From: a virus
Lineage: Duplodnaviria > Caudoviricetes
Length of the DNA stretch: 50,821 bases
Virus record (IMG/VR): IMGVR_UViG_3300026551_000004
Location: 1-50,821 of that record
Strand: one strand, 5' to 3'
In this document: positions 8,278 to 16,765 of the stretch, piece by piece
Layout of the letters: the number at the start of each line of letters is the position of its first letter
Position numbering within the stretch: the stretch's first letter is position 1
Position numbers and translations under genes: made by a program
Notes under the pieces: generated by a model
Told to the model about the DNA's origin: nothing
Seen by the model: only the letters and a program-made list of their open reading frames with translations
The model's database searches: none

Positions 8278-9810
8278 ACGAGTACAATCATTGAACAACA
8301 CATTCCCTGTGACCGTTGTGGTTCTTCAGATGCTAAGTGTATTTGGGATGACGGTCATGGTTTCTGTTTCTCTTGCCAAACATTCTTTCCGAGTGAACGC
8401 CATGGGACCTCGGCCAATACCAAGGAATATACTTACGAGTATGTTCCTTGGCGTGGCGTAACTAAAGAAACAATGCAATTCTACGGTGTCAAAACTAAAG
8501 TAGACGCTGATGGTAAACCTATTGAGATTATATTTCCTTATCCTAATGCATCCAATAAGATTAGAAAGATTGAGGAAAAAGAATTTAGAACTGAGGGTGA
8601 TATATCCAAAGCTGGTTTATTTGGTCGTGATAAATTCTCGGCCGGTAGTAGCAAATTCGTTACTATCTGTGAAGGAGAACTCGATGCTCAATCGCTCCAT
8701 CAAGCTATCAACTCTCCTGTGGTCAGCGTTCGTAGTAGCACTACTGCTGCTAGCGATGTCACTTTGGATAGATCCTGGGTTGACTCATTTGAGAGGATCT
8801 ATTTATGCTTCGACAATGACCGACCTGGCAAAGAAGCTCTGGGCAATGTTGCCAAGCTATTCGACTATAATCGGGTTTATCAAGTAAAGCTTTCCAAACG
8901 AAAAGACCCGAATGAGTATCTACAGGCAGGTGAAGCGGCAGAGTTAAAGCATATCTGGTGGAATTCTAAGAATTACCTGCCTGATACCATAGTATCGTCC
9001 TTCGATGAGTTCGAAGAAATCTTAAATGCCGATCTGCAATATGGGTTTCCATATCCATGGACAACCCTAACGGAGATGACATATGGGATCCGAACAGGAG
9101 AATCAGTTCTCATCACGGCTCAAGAAGGAGTCGGAAAAACAGAATTTCTCCACGCAATCGAGTACAAGTTCCTCAGAGAAACCGATGAAAACATCGCCTC
9201 CATCTTCCTCGAAGAACCCAAAAGAAGACATCTACAGGCTATTGCAAGTCTTGAGCTTGGTAGACCTGCGCATATTCCCGCAGTTGATCTCACACAAACT
9301 GACATCATGGCTGCTGTCCGAAAAGCTATATCGTCGGATGGCCGTTACCACCTGTACAATCACTTTGGGAGTGTGGATCCAGATACACTTCTGGATGCTA
9401 TACGGTTTTTACGTACTGCCCGTGGCTGTCGCCGTATCTTCTGTGATGGTATTACTCTGGGCGTTAGCGGTCTTCAAGGAGAAGACGAAAGGAAAGCTCT
9501 CGATTACCTCACCAACAGACTAGAGATGATGGTGAAGGAACTAGACTTCTCTTTCATCTTCAGTAGCCACGTGAACGATAACTACCAAACACGTGGCTCT
9601 CGCAATACTTCTAAGGTTGCGGACATACGTATAGATTTAACAAGAGACTTAACCAATGCCGACAACACCATCAGGAACACCACAGATATCTCAGTCTCAA
9701 AAAACAGGTTCTGTGGACGAACTGGACCTGCTGGTCGACTCCTATTTAACCCTAACACGTATTCCTACGTGGAGGCATCTAATGACAACCAACGGGAGAT
9801 GGCAGCATGA
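8278..9810 (+). CDS. T7 gp4-like DNA primase-helicase
   Basis: Zn finger PCDRCGSSDA...FCFSC upstream of the ATG 8473 call; TOPRIM CEGELDA and FDND; Walker A QEGVGKT; RGS; KNRFCGRTG. Confidence 0.93.
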   Translation, partial: TSTIIEQHIPCDRCGSSDAKCIWDDGHGFCFSCQTFFPSERHGTSANTKEYTYEYVPWRGVTKETMQFYGVKTKVDADGKPIEIIFPYPNASNKIRKIEEKEFRTEGDISKAGLFGRDKFSAGSSKFVTICEGELDAQSLHQAINSPVVSVRSSTTAASDVTLDRSWVDSFERIYLCFDNDRPGKEALGNVAKLFDYNRVYQVKLSKRKDPNEYLQAGEAAELKHIWWNSKNYLPDTIVSSFDEFEEILNADLQYGFPYPWTTLTEMTYGIRTGESVLITAQEGVGKTEFLHAIEYKFLRETDENIASIFLEEPKRRHLQAIASLELGRPAHIPAVDLTQTDIMAAVRKAISSDGRYHLYNHFGSVDPDTLLDAIRFLRTARGCRRIFCDGITLGVSGLQGEDERKALDYLTNRLEMMVKELDFSFIFSSHVNDNYQTRGSRNTSKVADIRIDLTRDLTNADNTIRNTTDISVSKNRFCGRTGPAGRLLFNPNTYSYVEASNDNQREMAA

Positions 9811-10151
9811 AAACAATCCTCATTATCTGTGCAACTCTGATGTTCGGATGTGTCTCTGCCCAATCTGCATCTCAGCCCAAATACGAACAGAACTGGTTCG
9901 AACAAATCTTTCAAAGTCTGACAGGAACTGGTGGGTCAAGTACTTCTCAAATCGTGGCCCCCGTCACCCCACGGCACCACCATACAATCAAGAAGAAACA
10001 CCGACACTCCCACCATGCGCACGTTACGACACCGCATGCATCTGCTGGGGGTACGATATCCCCTGCCCATACAAAACTCTTTGAAGAGTTCCAAGTGTGG
10101 CAGAAGAAGCATCAGTGGGAAGATATAATTAACGGTGGGAGGATTGAGTGA
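9807..10151 (+). CDS. Putative lipoprotein/secreted His-rich protein
   Basis: MKTILIICATLMFGC lipobox-like N-terminus; HHHTIKKKHRHSHHAH. Confidence 0.6.
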   Translation: MKTILIICATLMFGCVSAQSASQPKYEQNWFEQIFQSLTGTGGSSTSQIVAPVTPRHHHTIKKKHRHSHHAHVTTPHASAGGTISPAHTKLFEEFQVWQKKHQWEDIINGGRIE

Positions 10152-10316
10152 GCAAACTCCGACAGATTGTTGAGACTGCCCGTCTTAATATGAACTACAG
10201 AGGAGATACTACAATACCTCAGTTTTATATGATGAAAACAATCGCAACAATGGAAGCCGGTGAATTCAGAGATCTTTGTCGAATTATAAGCCTAGGATTT
10301 ACGGAGGATATGCAAG

Positions 10317-10535
10317 ATGTCTAATAGACACATCCTAACGGAAAGCTCAAAGTTTCCGGGGATGTGGTTAATCTGTTATCCAGATGGGACATTGAGCGAT
10401 ATGTTGAATTACACAAGAGCACATGATTTAGTAATGGAGATAAATAATGAAATTGAACGAGAAGGAGAAAGAGTTGGAGAACTTAGAAGATCAATCCAAC
10501 GTCGTAGCACTAAGCGACGTAGACCGAGCGGATAA
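10317..10535 (+). CDS. Hypothetical protein
   Basis: GGAGG RBS; 72 aa. Confidence 0.55.
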   Translation: MSNRHILTESSKFPGMWLICYPDGTLSDMLNYTRAHDLVMEINNEIEREGERVGELRRSIQRRSTKRRRPSG

Positions 10536-10776
10536 GTATCCTGATTGGTTAACACCAATGAATAGACTTTGTAAATTTGTAGTTAGAGAGAAAGATAGAT
10601 TTCATCCTAATATTTATCTTAGTGCTTATACCAAAGTAATAAACCATGAGTATTGTATTGAACTCATGGAACATAGTATATACGGTGAAGAAAGAACATT
10701 ATATGTCTTCGCTGTAGAGTTTTGTAAGAAATACCAATTGATAGAAATAGTAGATGAATATACTGGGACCGTATGA
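10447..10776 (+). CDS. Hypothetical protein
   Basis: GGAG RBS; 109 aa, AT-rich. Confidence 0.55.
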   Translation: MKLNEKEKELENLEDQSNVVALSDVDRADKYPDWLTPMNRLCKFVVREKDRFHPNIYLSAYTKVINHEYCIELMEHSIYGEERTLYVFAVEFCKKYQLIEIVDEYTGTV

Positions 10777-11062
10777 TGCGGATGATTGGGAACTGATGTT
10801 AATATTGAAGAATAACTTCAAGAAGAAGCATCTATACGCAACAGAAACAGCATGGGTAAAAGAAAAGCAATTATATTTGAAAATAATACATAAATAGTTA
10901 AAATACCTATTTACTTTTGTCTTAAAATATGGTACATACGTACGTATTGGTCGGTTAGTAAGTTTTATGGTTCTTACAACCTTCGGGTTCAAGTTAGATG
11001 GTTTTTAATTAATTTCAAGTTAGATATATAGGGATATACTTATGTAGACTGATACTTCTACT

Positions 11063-11308
11063 ATAAACAGATATACTAATCTTCCTAATAAAATCTATAG
11101 ATTTGGAGATAATACTCATTGTCTTGTTTTTAGAAGAAAAAGAGGATGGAGTTACACTTGTAGAATTCCAATAGAAGGAAAAAGATTTATTCAAATGTCT
11201 CTTAATAATCATACTTTTGCTGAGTCAGAAGAAGATGCTAAAAGTAAATCTATTCCTTCTTTATTTGATCTAAAAGAAAGACTATCTGGTTTACTTCTTA
11301 CAGCATGA
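11063..11308 (+). CDS. Possible hypothetical protein lacking a canonical start
   Basis: Stop-free frame 11048-11308 in AT-rich DNA, ending in an ATGA overlap with the polymerase start; ATA at 11063 is a candidate start. Confidence 0.4.
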   Translation: MNRYTNLPNKIYRFGDNTHCLVFRRKRGWSYTCRIPIEGKRFIQMSLNNHTFAESEEDAKSKSIPSLFDLKERLSGLLLTA

Positions 11309-13239
11309 GAGTAGTCTTAGACATAGAAGCTAATGGTAAAGATAACCCTACTAAAATATGGGTTATCTGTTGTCTGGATATCGACACTGGTAAACTACAT
11401 ACCTTCAGGAGAGTCAGCGATGATCCCGTACAGAAAGAAGAGTTTCTGGTATTTAGTAAGCGCGTCAATACTTGGATTGGCCATAATATTATCGCTTATG
11501 ACTTCCCCGTTCTCTCCTCTCTTCTTTCTCTTCAAACTCCTCCTCTTAATTGTAATAGGTGTATTGATACTCTTATTGTTAGCAAACTTAACGATTACTC
11601 CAGAGGACAAGGACATTCCTTAGAGTCTTACGGGGAAGAACTAAACTACCCCAAGAACCTCTTCTCTGACTGGTCTAAATACTCTCAAGAACTGGAGGAT
11701 CGTTGTGCAACAGATGTTCGACTCAATCTACTGGTTTACAATACTCTCTTCGATAGCTACATTAAGCATAGCTGCAATAAATCCGCTATTACTACAGAGC
11801 AGGAGTTTCAGCAGGATTGCGTGGACCTTGGTAACACTGGCTTTGGGTTTGCCACTCCTAAATGTAATCTTCTTCTAGAGAAAGTAACCAGGGAATTAAA
11901 GGAACTTGACGATGACATCAGACAATCCTTTCCTCCGCGCTTGCACTGTATTCGTGAAATCACTCCCAGATACACCAAATATGGGACTCTTAATAGGACG
12001 GACTTCCGATGGGTATCTGGCGGTGATGTATCGGAATTCAACGGAGGTTCATTCTGTAGATGTGAATACCGACCCTTTAATCCTAGCTCTCATAAACAAA
12101 TTATTCGCATCTTGCATAGTGCAGGTTGGAAACCAACAAGTAAAACCAAAGGTCACATTGAGGCCCTCCGCAACAGACAGACTCTCCCAAGCAGGCTACA
12201 GGAGATACAAAAGACCGGGTGGAAGATCAACGAAGAAAACTTAAGTACTTTACCTTCTAGTGCCCCATCCCCTGCTCGTGCGCTTGCAAGGCGTATCTTG
12301 CTTGAGTCCAGGCGTCGCACTCTCACTGAGTGGACAGGGTTAGTGGCGGAGGATGGACGCATCCACGGTAGTTTTCTCAGCATTGGTGCCTGGACTCACA
12401 GGATGGCTCACCAGAAGCCAAACATGGCTAATATTCCCAAAAGCCATGATCTTGAAGGAAAGGTTAAGCTTCTTGGGTCAGAGATGAGATCTCTATTCTG
12501 TTGTAGTAGAGACCGTCTATTGGTGGGTGTAGATGCGGAGTCAATACAACTCCGGATCTTTGCCCATTACATAGATGATGAAGAGTTCACTAACTCTCTT
12601 ATTTACGGTAAGAAGGAGGACAAAAGTGACCCACACAGCCTCAACCAAAGAGTACTCGGTAGTGTTTGCAAAAGCAGGGAAGCCGCCAAGCGTTTCATCT
12701 ATGCATTTCTACTCGGAGCGGGACTTGGAAAGCTATCTGAGATACTTGGGTGTGGAAGAGAGGAGGCGGAACGTGCTCTTGCGAAACTTATGGAGCGATA
12801 TACCGGTTTCGACTACCTTAAGAGAACAGTTATTCCAAGAGATGCCCGTAAAGGCTGGTTTACAGGACTGGATGGACGCAAAGTTAATATACCTGGAGTG
12901 GACGTGGGGGAAAGACGGCATCTGGCTATGTCTGGCTATCTTCAGAACGGAGAAGCCATCATAATGAAGAAAGCAAGATTAAATTGGAAGAAAAAGATTG
13001 ACTTAATCTTTCCGAAGGAGTACAACATCAAACTAGTTAACTTCGTACATGATGAATGGCAAACTGAAGTACCTAATGATTTAATGATTGCTCATCAAGT
13101 AGCGAAGATTAAGTGTCAATCACTGGTAGAAACAGGAGTAGAACTTAAACTAAAGTGTCCATTAGCAGGTAGCTATGGAGAAAACCACAATGATCCACGA
13201 ACGTGGACAATAGGGAGTAATTGGAAAGTTACACATTAA
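11305..13239 (+). CDS. Family A DNA polymerase with 3'-5' exonuclease
   Basis: ExoI DIE, ExoII HNIIAYD; motif A DAESIQLR, motif B KRFIYAFLLG, motif C VHDE. Confidence 0.97.
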   Translation: MRVVLDIEANGKDNPTKIWVICCLDIDTGKLHTFRRVSDDPVQKEEFLVFSKRVNTWIGHNIIAYDFPVLSSLLSLQTPPLNCNRCIDTLIVSKLNDYSRGQGHSLESYGEELNYPKNLFSDWSKYSQELEDRCATDVRLNLLVYNTLFDSYIKHSCNKSAITTEQEFQQDCVDLGNTGFGFATPKCNLLLEKVTRELKELDDDIRQSFPPRLHCIREITPRYTKYGTLNRTDFRWVSGGDVSEFNGGSFCRCEYRPFNPSSHKQIIRILHSAGWKPTSKTKGHIEALRNRQTLPSRLQEIQKTGWKINEENLSTLPSSAPSPARALARRILLESRRRTLTEWTGLVAEDGRIHGSFLSIGAWTHRMAHQKPNMANIPKSHDLEGKVKLLGSEMRSLFCCSRDRLLVGVDAESIQLRIFAHYIDDEEFTNSLIYGKKEDKSDPHSLNQRVLGSVCKSREAAKRFIYAFLLGAGLGKLSEILGCGREEAERALAKLMERYTGFDYLKRTVIPRDARKGWFTGLDGRKVNIPGVDVGERRHLAMSGYLQNGEAIIMKKARLNWKKKIDLIFPKEYNIKLVNFVHDEWQTEVPNDLMIAHQVAKIKCQSLVETGVELKLKCPLAGSYGENHNDPRTWTIGSNWKVTH

Positions 13240-13240
13240 G

Positions 13241-13408
13241 ATGAAAACATATCAATTTGAATTTGAATATATGGTACCAGAGTTTGCTACTGTGACTGTG
13301 GAAACCAAAGATGATATTAATACAGCCAAGACTTTGGCTATGGCAGAATTTACCCGGATGTATCCAGAAGCAATTGATCCGGAGATTGTTAGTACTACCA
13401 GTGACTGA
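13241..13408 (+). CDS. Small hypothetical protein (55 aa)
   Basis: MKTYQFEFEYMVPEF...; fills the gap between the polymerase and SSB genes. Confidence 0.55.
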   Translation: MKTYQFEFEYMVPEFATVTVETKDDINTAKTLAMAEFTRMYPEAIDPEIVSTTSD

Positions 13409-13883
13409 ATACGTTTATTTAAGTGGTAAGTGTAAGTGGTGTAAGGCCATTACACCTAATCAATTCGGAGACTGGAGGACTGATCTTTATCCTGACGACA
13501 AGTCTTTAACAAAGATCATGGAACTTAAAGCGAGAGGACTTAAGAATACGCTAAAGAAAGATGACGATGGACCATGCATGTCTTTCAAACGTCCCATGAC
13601 AAAGATGATGAAAGGCAGAGCAGTTAACTTTACAAACCCTGTTGTGGTTAACAGTGCTGGAACGCCTATTAATGAAGCAATAGGCAATGGTTCAGAAGTT
13701 ACAATTAAACTCTTGATTTATCCATTTAGAACTCCCAACGGTGCCAGTGGTATCGGTGCCAGATGGGAGTCAGTAAGAGTTGATAACTTAGTTCCTTGGG
13801 AATTGAAAGACTTTGCGAGTCCAGAGGAAAGAGAAGCTATCTTTGGACTTAAGGAAGCACCTAAAGGTGAATATAACTTCTAA
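13401..13883 (+). CDS. Single-stranded DNA-binding protein (T7 gp2.5-like)
   Basis: LSGKCKW...IGNGSEVTIK...RWESVRV, aromatic C-terminal residue; GTG start at 13401. Confidence 0.75.
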   Translation: MTEYVYLSGKCKWCKAITPNQFGDWRTDLYPDDKSLTKIMELKARGLKNTLKKDDDGPCMSFKRPMTKMMKGRAVNFTNPVVVNSAGTPINEAIGNGSEVTIKLLIYPFRTPNGASGIGARWESVRVDNLVPWELKDFASPEEREAIFGLKEAPKGEYNF

Positions 13884-14039
13884 TGGAATTCTTAAAAGAA
13901 TACTCTAAAGAAGAGTTGGAGATTAATAAACTTAAATGTCAAGTAGAAGGACTGACAGATCGAGTTAATCTCTTAGAAAGATACTATATTGAGTGGTTGA
14001 AGTTAAAAAAGTACTATAATTTGAAAGAAGGAGAATAAT

Positions 14040-14249
14040 ATGTACCTTACAACCGAGAAGATTTATGAGAAGGATGCTGACTCAGCACATTCTCATTACA
14101 CACGAGCATGGTCAACTAGAGAAGCAGCTGAGGATCATGCTAAGCGTAAGGCTCAGACTACCAACGGTGCACCTGAGTTCCAGGTGTATATGTTGATTTC
14201 TACTACTAAGACTTCAGGTGTTTATGAAGCTGAGGTTAAGCTTGTTTGA
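14040..14249 (+). CDS. Small hypothetical protein (paralogue group)
   Basis: AGGAG RBS; WSTREAAEDHA. Confidence 0.7.
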   Translation: MYLTTEKIYEKDADSAHSHYTRAWSTREAAEDHAKRKAQTTNGAPEFQVYMLISTTKTSGVYEAEVKLV

Positions 14250-14298
14250 AATTTCTAACTTCATAGAAGATATTTACAATAAAAAGGAGACAAGACCA

Positions 14299-14511
14299 AT
14301 GTCTAGTGCTGTTTATGTAGAAACTTGGATGGATGGTTATTGCAACAATCAATTCAAGACCCGTGACGAAGCTGTTGCATCCGCAACTAAGCACGCTCAG
14401 TATTATAAGACTGACGTAGCGATCTGGAGGTCCGTGGCTGTTGCCCGGTATCCGTTTCCCACAATCACTATTGAGGAAATTGTACCAGTGGTGGCACAAG
14501 CCTCAAGTTAA
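14299..14511 (+). CDS. Small hypothetical protein (paralogue group)
   Basis: AGGAG RBS; FKTRDEAVASA. Confidence 0.7.
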   Translation: MSSAVYVETWMDGYCNNQFKTRDEAVASATKHAQYYKTDVAIWRSVAVARYPFPTITIEEIVPVVAQASS

Positions 14512-14529
14512 TGTTGAGGAGATTGTTTA

Positions 14530-14808
14530 ATGTCTTTTAAAGATTATCTCACCGATGGTGAGTGGGATGATTTTATGTTTGACGAAGAAGAGGAGAATAC
14601 TATGACTATTGATTTCACGAAACCCGTTTACCTCGTTGCTTGCCAGGACTCTAGCGCCTTGTTCAATGATCTTGACGGGGCAATCAAGAAGGCAGCAACA
14701 AGCGCGAAAATGGATCGAGACGGTGACGATTATTTCGTCATGCAAGCGATCAAGCGTGTGGCTACGCCACGTCCCGAGGCAACCATTACGGATATGCCTG
14801 TTGCCTAA
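14530..14808 (+). CDS. Small hypothetical protein (paralogue group; alternative start 14602)
   Basis: RBS before both 14530 and 14602; FNDLDGAIKKA. Confidence 0.7.
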   Translation: MSFKDYLTDGEWDDFMFDEEEENTMTIDFTKPVYLVACQDSSALFNDLDGAIKKAATSAKMDRDGDDYFVMQAIKRVATPRPEATITDMPVA

Positions 14809-14946
14809 CTACTCATCTAGTTAGGTATCTCCTGCCAGTAACAAAGAACCTGGTAGAGCCCGCGGTCAAAGGTTCTAATACCAATGTGCGCGGCGGGCAT
14901 AGTTCATTAATAGTTAGGCAATTTGCCCTCACTTGGAGTAAAGATC

Positions 14947-15189
14947 ATGTCTATCTTTCGCACAACACACATATACAATTCCGATAAGATAGAAAAGTAT
15001 CATCCCTCCAAGGAAGAGGCGGTGACTTTCTTGACTATCAAAGCTTTCGAAGATTTTCTAGGACGCATACCTACCAAAGGAATGAACTTAGAAAAAAGAG
15101 CTGATACTGCAAGACAACTTCTTCCTGCTCTTTTAGACCGACTTGAAGAAATTGAGAAACACGTCGAGGAATATAAACCGGTAAAATAG
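14947..15189 (+). CDS. Hypothetical protein
   Basis: GGAG RBS before MSIFRTTHIY. Confidence 0.6.
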   Translation: MSIFRTTHIYNSDKIEKYHPSKEEAVTFLTIKAFEDFLGRIPTKGMNLEKRADTARQLLPALLDRLEEIEKHVEEYKPVK

Positions 15190-16750
15190 TTTGTTACTTG
15201 CCACTAGTCGCATATATCACCGGGTGGTAATAAGCTCTAGTAAAGCTGACTAGAGTACCGAGTGCAACTCTGACCTACTGAAGTCCTTTTGTCCATGACT
15301 ACATGATGAGTGCGATACCGCGGGAATAGAAACAGTAGGAAACATTCCCGCCTTGGTAGTAAAACTTCATGTAAGATGCAACTCAGGAACGTGGGTGAGT
15401 GGTGGTAGAGTGGTGATCTACCCTAGTGAGGAGAGACCCAGCGTGTGCACGTAATGTACATCCATATAGGTGTGAAAGCAGACTGAGGCTTCTCAATCCA
15501 TTTAGCTGCAGGATACAAAAAGCAGCAAGACTGGCTACATCAGTACTTGTACTGGTTCGACTCCAGTCCTACTCGACTGACAGGTATCGAGAGTGTGGCG
15601 CAATATGGCAGACGCAACTGATGATGCCACCCGCAACGTCACCTGTGGAGGCTAAAAACGGAGACAATAGGACGTGTACCTCTATGTCCGGTGGCAGACG
15701 ATCAGCCGTCTGAACCACAACGGAGTCCATACCCTAGTGGTCAGACAACATAGAGCGACGTCATCCACGCCTCACGTGGAGTAGCTTTGAATAATCGTCT
15801 CATACGTAACAACCTGAGATGTGTCTCTCGGGCTAGTGTTCCTAGTATAGTATGGGACAAGTAGGATACACACCGCTCTTTGGACGGAGTGTAGGTTCCC
15901 AGATGGTTCGAAGCCATCATGGTGGTAGTGGGACCAGCTAATCCCTCAACGGGAACGCGAAATACCAAATGGTAAAGGAACCGAGGCCAGTCCTAAACGT
16001 CTTCTCTCAGAGTCCCTGGGAAATAAACCGACGTGTAAGCAAATCACATTGACAGAAACGAGACAGTCTTGTGTACCAGGCCACCGCTGAAATAGTGCGG
16101 ACTGGAATAGACAGCAGCAGATTACTGCTTCCTCTATTGTAAGCAAGATACCTCTCAAGGATGTATGCAGGGTGCAACCTGTAGATGCGGACTACCAACC
16201 CGCGTGTGGTAAGGCGAATACTGTTGAAGAGGTGAGGAAGAGTGTGATCCGAAAATAATGGGTTTCTTAGGTGTTACAGCAACGAGCAGAGCGAGTCTGC
16301 TGTTGCTAGACTGTTGAGGCTCCATTAGCTTCTCTGGTCGTCTTCTTTCCCTTTTGAAGGCAGAGGAAGCCGTTAACGATCACCGATGAACAATACCCAC
16401 TCCAAGCAGCAGCTGCTATAGTGCGCAAACTCACATTGACCGTCTTGTCTGGGATGCTAGACAGAATGGTGACGAGCAGTAGAATGTGTAGTCTTAAGTC
16501 CCAGCCGCAAGTTCCCGACTTCTCACACAGTCGCAGACATAAAGCCGCCGGATGCAAGACAACTGAGTACTCGGCCTGACTCGGGCAGGAAAGGTATTCT
16601 ACATAAGTCTCTTGTGAGGTACTCAAGTTCTACTTACCCAGTTCCGGCAGTCAACCGTAAGCTGGACCATCGTAGAGATTGGAGGTGTTGGATGAGGCAT
16701 AAGTATATTACTCCACCTATCCGCCCCCCTTAAGTTCACCAGTATGCCGA
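15190..16750 (+). ncRNA. Candidate large structured non-coding RNA (one RNA or a cluster)
   Basis: No credible RBS-led ORF over 1.55 kb; continuous stems, T-loops, a pseudoknot and a permuted tRNA-like domain; boundaries approximate. Confidence 0.75.
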
Positions 16751-16765
16751 GAAGAGGAGGTTAAC

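Noticed and set aside
15651-15713. tmRNA tag frame AKNGDNRT...SAV-stop
   Set aside because: It overlaps the predicted pseudoknot and stems, does not end in AA, and the acceptor lacks alanine identity and CCA
15426-16626. ORF-track ORFs inside the structured tract (15426-15713 +; 15741-15968, 15946-16158, 16007-16198, 16306-16626 -)
   Set aside because: No convincing RBS, atypical R/C/S-rich composition, mostly antisense to the arm; better explained as ncRNA
15190-16750. Group I or group II intron
   Set aside because: GTGCG occurs, but I found no domain V or P7 core by eye, there is no intron-encoded ORF, and the flanking genes are intact; a covariance search is needed to exclude it fully
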